From a virus: a DNA stretch of 64,000 nucleotides. A program made the translations under genes and the position numbers. This document shows positions 49,165 through 58,533 of the stretch, piece after piece. The number at the start of each line of letters is the position of its first letter. Position 1 is the first letter of the stretch. Under the pieces are notes generated by a model that did no database searches, had not been told where the DNA came from, and worked only from the letters and a program-made list of their open reading frames with translations. The stretch is from IMG/VR virus record IMGVR_UViG_3300044640_001517, positions 26,335 to 90,334 of that record; one strand, given 5' to 3'.

Positions 49165-50904
49165 CTATTGAACCGGTGTGATTGCTGTTGGCTGCATCGC
49201 CTCAGCAGGTGACTCTGCTGGTGCTGCTGGTGTCTCTATCGGCGCTGGTACTTCTTCAACAGGTGCGGGTGTCTCAACCGGTGGCGGAGTTCCCTGCAGC
49301 ATCTGCTGTACCTCAGGCGGAATCGGCGCAATGCTTGACGCCTGCTGTGCACCCTTTGTCGCCTCCATCACCTCGGGCGCAACCGCGGCGATCATCGCCT
49401 CCGTAAGCTCTGGAGTGATCGCACCCTTTTCAATGAGCAGGCGTAGCGCAAGTTCATTTGGTGTAGGTGCATCAGCCTCGCTGAATCCGTGCGCACGACG
49501 CCATGTATCAAACGACACCGCCATGCGATCAAATCCACTGTCAGCGTCGAGTGCGCGGTCGTTGCGTGTTGCAACCTGTGATGGGTCGTACCAGATCGTG
49601 AGGCGATTAACCTCTGCCTCGTCAAATCCGTTTGCGAGCAGATATGGACGCAGATACACAACGGTGAGCGCGTCTGCAATGAGAAGCATCAACGGCTCGA
49701 TGTGTGCCTTGTACAGTGACTCGTCGATCTGCAGAGCGTTTGAGTACTTGACGTTTGCAAGACCTGTGACGACGTCCTTTGGAACATCAAGACCTTGCAA
49801 GATACGCTCGAGAACACGATCAGCACGCTGTGCGAGTGCGGGGTCAAACGAACGTTCAAACTTAAACTGCTTGATCTTGTCGCCAAGTTCAGCAGGTCCA
49901 CGGATGATCAACGGAACAACCGCAGATGCGGAGTCCTCGTCACGAATTGGCGTTGTCATCGCATCGATGAGTTGATCTTCAAATGCGTCCATCGCCTCTT
50001 CAGGGTTATACTCAGGATTGATGTCACCCATCTCGTCGAACGGATAGTCCGCGTCAGGACCGGCGGCGACACTGAGACCGTCAGGAAGATAGAGCGCGCC
50101 TGCGTTTAAGCGCGAGCGTGCGGTTGCACGGAACGTGCGGTTCAACAGCAGAAGTTCTGCGCAGAGATCGAGCAGACCGCGTAGTGACGAATCAGCCTCT
50201 TCAGAGAAGCGAGGATGCGCGCGCCAGATGCGACCGATAAACGCGTTCTGTGGAAGAGCGACGACACCCTTGTTGTTTTGACTGGCGATGCTGTTGCCAC
50301 CCATCAAGATGTCGCGACGACCGACGATTCCGTAGTTGTTCTTCGAGTCAACCTGAACCTCATCTGTTGAGCGGATGTCCCATGACTCTGGAACGCCTGT
50401 GCCCTTGCGCTCTGGCATCTGCACGAGGTAGCATTCGCCGGCGACGGCGATGTTCAACGCGGCGTCTCGGAGAAGTCCAGCCTGTCCGCCGTATGCGGAG
50501 TCTAGTCGTGCGAGAGCTCGCTCTGCGGCCGACGCAAGTCGTCCGCTGACAAGACTCGACGATCGAACCGATACAGGTGTTTCTGCCGGGTTCTCGACGA
50601 CAGCAGCATACAGACGTATACGACTAACAACGGAAGCAACCAGATTAAATGCATACTTGATCTCTCCAATCGCATCGTAGTATTCCCAAGCCTCGGCCTG
50701 CCACGCACTGGACGAAGCCGAACGGCGATGACGGAACTGTTCCGCCTCATCTTTATTTTCAACCCTGACCTGGGCGGCCGCCGCTGTAAGTGCTCTTGGA
50801 GTTCCCCAGATCGCTGATTCCGCGTACGAAAAGCCAGAAGGTAGCACGCCTGCAGGACGGACAACGCGCTTGACATTGCCTACATCACGACGAAAAACTG
50901 CCAC
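49165..50904 (-). CDS. Portal protein
   Basis: WQAEAWEYYDAIGEIKYA..VSRIRLYAA...SAVVP...GLDVP, an actinophage portal pattern; position near the terminase. Confidence 0.85.
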   Translation of the reverse strand: MAVFRRDVGNVKRVVRPAGVLPSGFSYAESAIWGTPRALTAAAAQVRVENKDEAEQFRHRRSASSSAWQAEAWEYYDAIGEIKYAFNLVASVVSRIRLYAAVVENPAETPVSVRSSSLVSGRLASAAERALARLDSAYGGQAGLLRDAALNIAVAGECYLVQMPERKGTGVPESWDIRSTDEVQVDSKNNYGIVGRRDILMGGNSIASQNNKGVVALPQNAFIGRIWRAHPRFSEEADSSLRGLLDLCAELLLLNRTFRATARSRLNAGALYLPDGLSVAAGPDADYPFDEMGDINPEYNPEEAMDAFEDQLIDAMTTPIRDEDSASAVVPLIIRGPAELGDKIKQFKFERSFDPALAQRADRVLERILQGLDVPKDVVTGLANVKYSNALQIDESLYKAHIEPLMLLIADALTVVYLRPYLLANGFDEAEVNRLTIWYDPSQVATRNDRALDADSGFDRMAVSFDTWRRAHGFSEADAPTPNELALRLLIEKGAITPELTEAMIAAVAPEVMEATKGAQQASSIAPIPPEVQQMLQGTPPPVETPAPVEEVPAPIETPAAPAESPAEAMQPTAITPVQ

Positions 50905-50943
50905 TTCTTCTCCTGTTCGTTTGCGACGGAATTGACAAAAACC

Positions 50944-51231
50944 CTAGTCAATGCGGTACATTATGCCAACAATCGCCGACACAGCGAGTGCGCTGCAGAC
51001 GATGACTGTTGCTTCGCTGACTATTGTATACATAAATATAGCCGTTGATGCGACCCAAACTCCACTACACCACTCGCAGGTGATCCAATATCCGAGTCGC
51101 TCTTTTTCAGGTGGTGACACGCGCCAGATCCTCTCACGAAGACCGTTGAATATCGTGTCGTGCGTGATCATGCGCGTGACGCGATATGCGGCGAGAGCGA
51201 TGATGATGAGGTGGTACGGGGTCGGGATCAT
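50944..51231 (-). CDS. DUF1360-like membrane protein
   Basis: LAAYRVTRMITHDTIF..LR...ITCEWCSGVW plus hydrophobic helices. Confidence 0.75.
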   Translation of the reverse strand: MIPTPYHLIIIALAAYRVTRMITHDTIFNGLRERIWRVSPPEKERLGYWITCEWCSGVWVASTAIFMYTIVSEATVIVCSALAVSAIVGIMYRID

Positions 51232-51623
51232 TCGATCGGGTCCTTGGTTGAGTTCATCGTACGGTACGGGTTCCAGGCGCGAAGTCGTGAGCCACAGCCG
51301 CAGTTGTTGTCCTTCTCGAAGAGGATGATCTTGTTCGTCTCGGTCGTGATCCGGCTCACCTTCTTTCCGCGGCGGTCAAGTACCTTCGACTCTGGCAGAT
51401 ATCTTTCGCGGAAGATCAGGACAGGTCCGGTGCTGCTGTCGGCGCCGATCAAGATCGTGTTCTCCGTGAGGATGATGCGCACCGCCTCGACCCTCCGTGA
51501 GTGCTGGACGTGCGGCGCGTCGGCGTACCCAAACGTGTCGGGTGAGTTGTTGAAGTAGGTTAGATCTACTCCGTCGGGCAGAACCACCGCCCGTGCGGGA
51601 AAGAGGTCAAAGATCACGTTCAT
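51228..51623 (-). CDS. Hypothetical protein
   Basis: 131-aa ORF with overlapping start/stop junctions; CGCGSRLR motif. Confidence 0.7.
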   Translation of the reverse strand: MNVIFDLFPARAVVLPDGVDLTYFNNSPDTFGYADAPHVQHSRRVEAVRIILTENTILIGADSSTGPVLIFRERYLPESKVLDRRGKKVSRITTETNKIILFEKDNNCGCGSRLRAWNPYRTMNSTKDPIE

Positions 51624-52162
51624 TACTTACCTACTCCCAGTCGACGGGCCATCGCCCGATATGTAACGCCGGCGGTTGCGGCGAGTTCTTGAACAGAGAC
51701 ACCGTCTCTATATAGGACTATACACAGGCCCGTGAGCTCTGTGTTTGCGACGGCGTACGCTCCGTTTGGGTTTGCCCGTGCGCGGTAGCGACGTGCGAGA
51801 GGTGCGAGACGTCTAAGTGTGCGGGCGTCGTCTTTTGAGATCTTGGGGGACTCTTCCGTATAGAAACGTCGTGCGCGTCGGTGACGGCGCGGTGGAGCGG
51901 AAGGGTTCTTTTTTTCCGCGGCGGTTAGCGATGAAGAAGGAGAAGGAGAGGGAGGAGACGAAACGATTGGGAGGGGGGATTTGGTTGGGGTTGTTGCGAG
52001 TAGGCGGATCGACGAGCGTTGCTTCGGCGGCGTCCACGCGTCCGCGATCGACGCCAGCGTCCAGCCCGCCTCGCGGAGCGCCTGCACACGGGCACGAAGG
52101 ACGTCACCCGAACACCTAACCAAAACCTCAACCTCTTCACTGGGCAGCTTCATGTTCGTCAT
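51623..52162 (-). CDS. Double helix-turn-helix DNA-binding protein
   Basis: AGWTLASIADA and GVSVQELAATAGVTYRAMARRL HTH-like segments; start uncertain (52162 or 52153). Confidence 0.65.
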   Translation of the reverse strand: MTNMKLPSEEVEVLVRCSGDVLRARVQALREAGWTLASIADAWTPPKQRSSIRLLATTPTKSPLPIVSSPPSPSPSSSLTAAEKKNPSAPPRRHRRARRFYTEESPKISKDDARTLRRLAPLARRYRARANPNGAYAVANTELTGLCIVLYRDGVSVQELAATAGVTYRAMARRLGVGK

Positions 52163-52213
52163 CGTATCACTCGTACATAGGGACGGCGGAACATTTGTGT
52201 ACGAAAGATACAT

Positions 52214-53050
52214 TAACGTTCAAAGACTTCTAGGAAATGTACAGAAAGGACGAATAGTACATTATGGTTAGTGGGTTTGGCATCTTAGAAGCCAGACGTT
52301 GTTTTTTAAGCAGTTTATAAACGTCTCGAAGAAAAAATTAGACAAAAAAATATTTTGCGAGAATTTTGAGAAATTAGACAGTGGCCATGGCCATTGCCAT
52401 TATTTTTTATTTTTTTGAAGGCCACTTGATATGTAACATCAATTGTTGTCGACAGTTCACTTAAAGCTATACATATGAGTACAAAAATAGAGATAAAACA
52501 TGACAGATAAGACGATGACAGACATATGTTGATATGACAGGTGGGTCATGACAAAGTTACACATGTATTGGGCGAGTCGATAGTAGATATGTGTATGTAC
52601 ATGAGACAATGTCGCTGAAGTTTCTGTTGAGGTTTGTATGTATATGAGACGACGTTGTTACATATATAAAAGTGCCAGGCGACAAGAATACATATAAGTA
52701 TATGAAAGTTCCTGGGAAAACCATGGCCATTGCTTTTTATATGTATAGCTATATGCCAGGGTGTTTACCAAGGGCATGTATATTTGTGTGATTTTGCCAG
52801 TAAATATGGTCAATGGCAGATAAAAAAATAGGTAACGCGATGATATTTATTGATGACTAGATAATCGTTAGCCGCATATGAATTATTAGCCGCATATAGA
52901 CTGTTACCGCATATAAAAGTCCCTACCGCATAGGTACTCCTAGATACCTATGGGTAGGGAACGATTAGATACTTGCCAAAGGCCCTTACCGCATGTATAT
53001 GCTAAGAGCGTAGAGGCTTTGTATTGACCGCGTTATATTTACCGCGCTTG
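52214..53050. other. AT-rich non-coding region with short direct repeats and a hairpin (candidate origin or packaging region)
   Basis: No internal ORF of 60 aa or more; visibly AT-rich; CCGCATA repeats at 17-19-bp spacing; 16-bp stem at 52920-52960. Confidence 0.55.
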
Positions 53051-53497
53051 TTATTCTCCAGCAACCGTAACGTTTGCGTCACCCGCAAAGATTGCAGAGA
53101 GGGTTGCCGCATTCATCAGGCCATCACCCTCAAGATTGTTTGCCGCTTGAAACGAGGCGACAGCTGACTTGGTGAGGTCACCGTACCAGCCATCCTTATC
53201 GCTATACGCATCCGTATATCCAAGCTCATTGAGTCGGCGCTGTACATGGTGAACTGTCAATGACTTCTTTGCGTACATGTTCTTGTATACGCATTTGTCA
53301 AGATAGACAGTATCAGTATCCGCGCTACCAATCACATGCCGCGTTGGCGCTGGTTGTGCGAAGACCTCGAGTACTGGTTCTGGAAGTTCTTGAGATTGGA
53401 CCTCAACTACCGCAGGCTGTGGTACTTCTACCACCTCTGCCGCAGGTGCAGTCTCTGTTACTTGTTCCTGTACTGGCTCTGTGAATTCATCACTCAT
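53051..53497 (-). CDS. Peptidoglycan-binding domain protein
   Basis: VHHVQRRLNELGY...DGWYGDLTKSAVASFQAANNLEGDG (PG_binding_1 pattern). Confidence 0.8.
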   Translation of the reverse strand: MSDEFTEPVQEQVTETAPAAEVVEVPQPAVVEVQSQELPEPVLEVFAQPAPTRHVIGSADTDTVYLDKCVYKNMYAKKSLTVHHVQRRLNELGYTDAYSDKDGWYGDLTKSAVASFQAANNLEGDGLMNAATLSAIFAGDANVTVAGE

Positions 53498-53531
53498 TAT
53501 TTGTACCTATCCTTTGAAGAGAGTGTCGACG

Positions 53532-54956
53532 TTATCGACCTGGTGTGAATATTCTTGCACCTTTTCCTGATCCACCATTTCCCCCACGCCACGCTGGAAG
53601 ACGCCTACCTGCGTGTGATTTTGCTGTGATTGTCCCTCCAACAAAACCAGGTGGTGGCTTGATGAGTAGCGCCGTAAGTGCATGAACAAGTGCATCGACT
53701 CTGTCAGGCGACTTGCCTTCGCCAGGTATCCATGCGCACATCTGAGATTCAAGATCAGCAAGATAGTTCACATGATGTACGCGATCCTGCTCATACGCAA
53801 GCGTTACAGGTTCAGCGCGTAGCGCCTTACCGTATTTGGAGTGTACCTCAAGAACCTTTACAGATGGATCAATCGCTTGAATTGCGTTGGTTACGAGTGC
53901 GCCACCTTGGTTGACTTCAGCAACAACAGGACATGAATACTTGCGCGCCATTGCAACAACCGCATTTGCCCAAACCTCAGGCGAACCATGAACGGTCGCG
54001 TCCTCAAGAATCCAAGCCTGACGTTTATACAGGTCACGATCGCCTGTCGATGCGCAGACAACAATGCCGCATTCGTCCCTGGGATTCTCAGCGACTGACG
54101 GGTCAACGCCCACGACGCGAAGTTGCGCGCCACCAGGGAATACGTTTTGTCGACTACGTTCGATCAACTCAATCGTCCAGAGTGCGCCTTCAACGTCTGA
54201 GAGCATCTCACCATAAAGTTCTTGTGCAGCCAACCGCGTACCTGCGTACACACCTGTGATCGCCTCAAGGTATGTGCTTGAGAGGTTACCCGCATTGTCA
54301 AGTGTTGAACCGCGTGATATCACAACGCGTCCTGTACGTTGCGCCTCGTTAAGCAGGTTATACAAAACAGGTACGCGCTTAGGTGTCGTGGTCGCGATGA
54401 TCTGTGGTGCTGATCCAAGTCGGGTACCTACGCGTAGGTTGTCCCACGAGGTCATACCTGCCGCGTCAGGTGATTGACGCCACGCCGCGATCTCGTCTGC
54501 CCACGCGTAATGGAATTGAGGACCGCGTAATCCATCAGGTTCGTCAGCGGTAAAGCATGTTGCCGTATTGCCATTCGGCCAGGTTAGTCGACGCTTTGAC
54601 GGTTCGTACAGAGGACGTTCGCTTGGTGGTGATACAGAGATGATTCCTGATTCACCCTCAACGATAACGTCGCGTACGTCAGCCGCTGTACGTGCGACCA
54701 GCGCAAAACGGAGTTGACCCATGTTTGTGACCTTCGCCTTGTCGCGCACCCACTCAGCAGCTGATCGAGTTTTACCAGCACCGCGTCCTGCGAGGAATAA
54801 CCAGATCGCCCAGTCATCTCCAGGCGGAGGTATTTGCTCAGGTCGGGCCCATGACTTCCAGTCCCAAACCAATTGCTCCATGTCGATGCCATCGAGGATT
54901 GCGCGACGTTCTGCATCAGACAGAAGTGCGATCTGCTCCATGACACTTTTACCCAT
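53532..54956 (-). CDS. terL: Terminase large subunit
   Basis: AGRGAGKT, LRGPQF..AW.DE, ATTTP, VVGVDP, SPDRVDA. Confidence 0.95.
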   Translation of the reverse strand: MGKSVMEQIALLSDAERRAILDGIDMEQLVWDWKSWARPEQIPPPGDDWAIWLFLAGRGAGKTRSAAEWVRDKAKVTNMGQLRFALVARTAADVRDVIVEGESGIISVSPPSERPLYEPSKRRLTWPNGNTATCFTADEPDGLRGPQFHYAWADEIAAWRQSPDAAGMTSWDNLRVGTRLGSAPQIIATTTPKRVPVLYNLLNEAQRTGRVVISRGSTLDNAGNLSSTYLEAITGVYAGTRLAAQELYGEMLSDVEGALWTIELIERSRQNVFPGGAQLRVVGVDPSVAENPRDECGIVVCASTGDRDLYKRQAWILEDATVHGSPEVWANAVVAMARKYSCPVVAEVNQGGALVTNAIQAIDPSVKVLEVHSKYGKALRAEPVTLAYEQDRVHHVNYLADLESQMCAWIPGEGKSPDRVDALVHALTALLIKPPPGFVGGTITAKSHAGRRLPAWRGGNGGSGKGARIFTPGR

Positions 54957-54978
54957 GACTAGATACTACACCGCGTAG

Positions 54979-55764
54979 TTATTCTTTAACCGCGAGCCAC
55001 GCGTTATTGCGTGAGTAATCAGGTAGTGCAGGTGCGAGGAAGCACGCAAGCACATCGTCACTATAGAAACTACGAAGCCGCGTGTATATATCCATGATCG
55101 CGTCAGTCTTGTCACTGCTGAATGTCTCGCGAATACCGCGCTTGATCTCAGGGTACGAACCAAAGGTACCGTATCGATCGATCACGCTGAATCCATTCTT
55201 CTCAAGCTTGTCCTGCAACTCGGTGATTGTGTATTCGCGGATGTGATTATTTGCAGCGCGTCCATTGAACACCGGCGTTGAGATCATCAGGCGACCACCA
55301 GGTGCGAGCAGCGCGTGTATACCGCGTAGGTATTCATCACCGTGAGACTCTGTCATGTGTTCGATCACCTCGAATGAGACAGCCATATCAAATGTTGCAC
55401 CGTACTCTTCAAGAAGTTCAGGCCATTGCGTTACGAAGTTGAACCGCTCCTTCAGCACAAACCTCTGCTCTGTCTTTGTGCCTGTCTTGCGTCGCGCGAT
55501 CGAAGGTATCGTGTTCAGGTCAACTCCAACGTAGAAGTCTGGTCTGCCATCGGCTCCGCGTGGACGATTGAGTGCATGATACAGAGGCGCATCAGCACCG
55601 CAACCAGCCTCAATTACGCGATGTGCCGCGGTGTCACCTTGGTTTATGTATCGTGAGGCCCAACCCCAACGGAAGACATGCGCAAGGTAGTCACGATGTA
55701 TCCGCAATGCAAATGAGGAACTCTTAAGGGCGGTGGTGTCAAACTCTCTCTGGTCATCAGTCAT
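54979..55764 (-). CDS. Class I SAM-dependent methyltransferase
   Basis: VIEAGCG, YVGVD, FDMAVSFEVIEH, LAPGGRLMISTP. Confidence 0.85.
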   Translation of the reverse strand: MTDDQREFDTTALKSSSFALRIHRDYLAHVFRWGWASRYINQGDTAAHRVIEAGCGADAPLYHALNRPRGADGRPDFYVGVDLNTIPSIARRKTGTKTEQRFVLKERFNFVTQWPELLEEYGATFDMAVSFEVIEHMTESHGDEYLRGIHALLAPGGRLMISTPVFNGRAANNHIREYTITELQDKLEKNGFSVIDRYGTFGSYPEIKRGIRETFSSDKTDAIMDIYTRLRSFYSDDVLACFLAPALPDYSRNNAWLAVKE

Positions 55765-55843
55765 TGCCCTAATATACCGTGCTTGCGTTGGAGATGGCGA
55801 AACTTGGTTCTAGAGAAAATATAATTAGTTTGTACATCCAAAC

Positions 55844-56059
55844 ATGAAAGGACGAATCATGGCAACAAAGAAAAAGCATACGAAGAATCTCGAGGCGATT
55901 CAAGCACGAATCTCAGTGCTCTCGTACGAGATCGCAGTCCGCAAGGAAGAATTGGCGGAACTCGCAAATCACGTGAGCGACTTCGAACTCTCAGTAAGTA
56001 TGAGCCTCCGCAGCCTCAGTGATGAGTTTGGTATCAAGCCTACCGGCTGGACTATCTAA
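55844..56059 (+). CDS. Small coiled-coil hypothetical protein
   Basis: Flanked by a promoter motif (55809-55825) and a terminator (56083-56107). Confidence 0.65.
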   Translation: MKGRIMATKKKHTKNLEAIQARISVLSYEIAVRKEELAELANHVSDFELSVSMSLRSLSDEFGIKPTGWTI

Positions 56060-56082
56060 CCTAACAAGATCGTCAGTAAATT

Positions 56083-56107
56083 GGCGGGGCGAAAGCCTCG
56101 CCTTTTT
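56083..56107 (+). terminator. Intrinsic terminator
   Basis: GGCGGGGC-GAAA-GCCTCGCC followed by TTTTT. Confidence 0.8.
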
Positions 56108-56125
56108 GCTGTGTATCGATCCGCG

Positions 56126-56692
56126 TCAGCGTGAGAATTTTTTACGGCACTCCGGTCCGAGTTGGAGTTCACGCGATTTCTGATCTGTGAGCTCTGCGCC
56201 ACATGACCCGCAACAGGAGTGATGCACCCCAAAGATCTTGGCGTATTTGTATGGGTCACGTTCGATGATCGACACGAGGGCCTTGACTGTGGCAGGTGAA
56301 AGCTTTGACCGCGTGAACCCACCCACGGACCCATGTAACTGACGCATGTATAGCGTCCCCATGTATTGCCGCACCTCGAGAAACATCAGGTCACCACTGA
56401 ACTCTTTATCCGCGTCTGTCAGTTCGATCTCATCAACCGGAACGGCGTACTTCGACTTTGGGATGTGGTAGAGCGAGACCTGTAGTGACGGTGACGGCTC
56501 ACGGGACTTGCGTAGTCGGGGCAACATCAGTGCCGCGTGGATCTCACGCGAGGCGCGTTCCTTGTCGAGTATGCCTGCGTCGATCGAGGCGAGCAGATCG
56601 GCCGCGTGCGCCTCATCCATCTCTCTCGTGTTGATCAGGTCTGTTAGGTATGAGACCTGTCGTTCTGTCGCCGGTATCAGTGTTGATGTCAT
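56126..56692 (-). CDS. DUF6011-like zinc-finger protein
   Basis: ATERQVSYL N-terminus; CGSCGAELTDQKSRELQLGPEC C-terminus. Confidence 0.7.
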   Translation of the reverse strand: MTSTLIPATERQVSYLTDLINTREMDEAHAADLLASIDAGILDKERASREIHAALMLPRLRKSREPSPSLQVSLYHIPKSKYAVPVDEIELTDADKEFSGDLMFLEVRQYMGTLYMRQLHGSVGGFTRSKLSPATVKALVSIIERDPYKYAKIFGVHHSCCGSCGAELTDQKSRELQLGPECRKKFSR

Positions 56693-56779
56693 GCTTCTGC
56701 TCCCTAGGACCTTCTCATTTACTTTGATGCTTGTTTATCCGCGTTTACTATTTGCGATGCACTCGACGCATCTGGATGC

Positions 56780-57057
56780 TTATGGCTTGCTGCTCAGCCA
56801 GATCTGTTGACCTGGATATATCTGTGTCGTTCCATACTCAATGACCAGGTCATCAACCGCGTTACCTATGTTGCCAGTGCAATGTGCGGAGGCGATCTGA
56901 TACAGGTTCTGTCCCTCTTGAATAATCACCGGCGCAGGGTCGCATGTGTACTCGTTCCATAGGTTTTCAAGGTGGTTCCAGTATGAGAAACCAGCAACCG
57001 CGATCAATGATATGAGCGCGATATAGATCTTGTCTGTGCGGGATACTTTCTTCATGT
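56780..57057 (-). CDS. Membrane-anchored LysM-like domain protein
   Basis: N-terminal TM helix; VIIQEGQNLYQIA...IYPGQQIWL. Start approximate. Confidence 0.65.
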
Positions 57058-57100
57058 CGTGTCCTTTGTCGTTGTCCTGTTTAGATCTTACATTCATTGG

Positions 57101-57343
57101 TTATCTCTCCCAACGTTCGGGTGTGACATGGTCCCACGTACCATCCGCGAATCTGAATCCGCAGGTGCAGTCGTATACTCCAGGATTTACCGGCTTTGCA
57201 CATGCCCAACATGAGACCGACCGCAACCTCGATTGAGAGTGCGGACGGTAGCTCATGTCGTGCTTCTTCATGGCGTGGATCATGTGTTCAGTGATCGAGG
57301 GAAATGTCTTCCCGCAGATCATGCACTCATGTTTGCCTGCCAT
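57101..57343 (-). CDS. Small zinc-finger protein
   Basis: CMICGKTF....HMIH..KKH (C2H2-like) and CWAC...CTCG. Confidence 0.65.
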   Translation of the reverse strand: MAGKHECMICGKTFPSITEHMIHAMKKHDMSYRPHSQSRLRSVSCWACAKPVNPGVYDCTCGFRFADGTWDHVTPERWER

Positions 57344-57345
57344 CG

Positions 57346-57720
57346 TTATCGAGTAGCGCTGTACTTCTTGTAGCGCGCGTCTGCCCACTGACGATACTCA
57401 TCGTCCGCAATCTCGTTCATTACAGTCCACACCTGGCTTGCCGCGTGGTGGAATTCCCATCCGCGTGAATCGGTGAGGCGATCCTTGAAGTTGCCGTAAT
57501 CGATCATTTCGATCTGGGCAGTCATGAACTCCTTGACCTGCTCTGGGGTTGCGTATACGCGGTACTGATAGTCACGTGTTGGGGTGAACTCAATTTCTGA
57601 GTTTGTCATCTCCGCGATAACGATCAGTGATTGGCGATCTCGGGCGCGAACCGCGAGGTGCCCTGGCTTGACCCTGTTATCTACTACGCTTAAAAAACCA
57701 TCTTGTGAGAATACCCACAT
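57346..57720 (-). CDS. Hypothetical protein
   Basis: MWVFSQDGFLSVV...VRAR...DYQYR...IDYGNFK; AGGAG RBS. Confidence 0.7.
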   Translation of the reverse strand: MWVFSQDGFLSVVDNRVKPGHLAVRARDRQSLIVIAEMTNSEIEFTPTRDYQYRVYATPEQVKEFMTAQIEMIDYGNFKDRLTDSRGWEFHHAASQVWTVMNEIADDEYRQWADARYKKYSATR

Positions 57721-57764
57721 GTTTGACTCCTTGTCATTTTGTCATTGTGCGAATCTCCGTTTGT

Positions 57765-57792
57765 TTACTTACTTACTTACTTACTTACTTAC
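57765..57792. repeat. (TTAC)7 tetranucleotide microsatellite
   Basis: Seven perfect copies overlapping the stop codon of the 57789..57971 gene. Confidence 0.95.
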
Positions 57793-57971
57793 TCGCCGAG
57801 GGTTACTCCTTCAGGCAGATCCGCGATCGAAACTGGTTCGACCGTGGAGTTACCGTACTCCGAGTTCATCGAAGATACGTACATGTGACGCTGCTTCGGT
57901 GTCACGTAGGCCACGATCTCGTTGCCTTCCGCGTCGACAGTCGTTACTTTGTATGCTTCTGCTTGTTCCAT
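57789..57971 (-). CDS. Small hypothetical protein
   Basis: 60-aa ORF downstream of the promoter motif at 57998-58014. Confidence 0.6.
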   Translation of the reverse strand: MEQAEAYKVTTVDAEGNEIVAYVTPKQRHMYVSSMNSEYGNSTVEPVSIADLPEGVTLGE

Positions 57972-58027
57972 TGGGGGTTACCTTTCCTGCCTGAGTAACT
58001 ATACATTCTTTAGAATGGATGTTTCCC

Positions 58028-58195
58028 TTATCTATTAAGGGACAATATTGCCAGTATAAGGCCAAATACCCCGAAACCAGCAACTGGAACTATATCACCC
58101 ACGAACACCGCGGTGGCTAGAGCACAGATGCCCATGACCACCGCGACGACCGTAATCCATACCAGGCTCCGTAATTGGGAGACCCAGTTTGGCAT
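58028..58195 (-). CDS. Small two-TM membrane protein
   Basis: MPNWVSQLRSLVWITVVAVVMGICALATAVFVGDIVPVAGFGVFGLILAILSLNR; TGATG coupling to the upstream gene. Confidence 0.6.
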   Translation of the reverse strand: MPNWVSQLRSLVWITVVAVVMGICALATAVFVGDIVPVAGFGVFGLILAILSLNR

Positions 58196-58533
58196 CAGAC
58201 CTGGGCCTTCTGCTTATCTGGTCGGGTACGACCCTTGAGTCGATCGGAGGCGTTTCGGATCGGGGTTCCGTTTGCCTTCAAGATCGTTCGGATCTTGTTG
58301 TACGTCACGCCATTCGCCGCGGCCACCTCGGCCACTGTGAGACCTGACTGATACTGGTCCGCAATTGTTTGCGCATTCAGTTCGATTGACACGATACTGC
58401 TCCTTCGTTTCGTAGTTTGTTTTTCTGTTTCTTCCATCACCGCAACATCCAGCGCGAGCGCTGCCTGTGACAGTGCGATCCGCGATGCCTCGATCAGCAG
58501 CGCAGCTTCGTTGAGCAACTGGTCGTTACTCAC
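58195..58533 (-). CDS. HTH DNA-binding protein
   Basis: YQSGLTVAEVAAANGVTYNKIRTILKANG. Confidence 0.75.
   Translation of the reverse strand: MSNDQLLNEAALLIEASRIALSQAALALDVAVMEETEKQTTKRRSSIVSIELNAQTIADQYQSGLTVAEVAAANGVTYNKIRTILKANGTPIRNASDRLKGRTRPDKQKAQV

Noticed and set aside
49178-49975. Long plus-strand ORFs (e.g. 49178..49975, 15354..16058, 43132..43857)
   Set aside because: Antisense shadows of well-supported minus-strand genes, with low-complexity translations.
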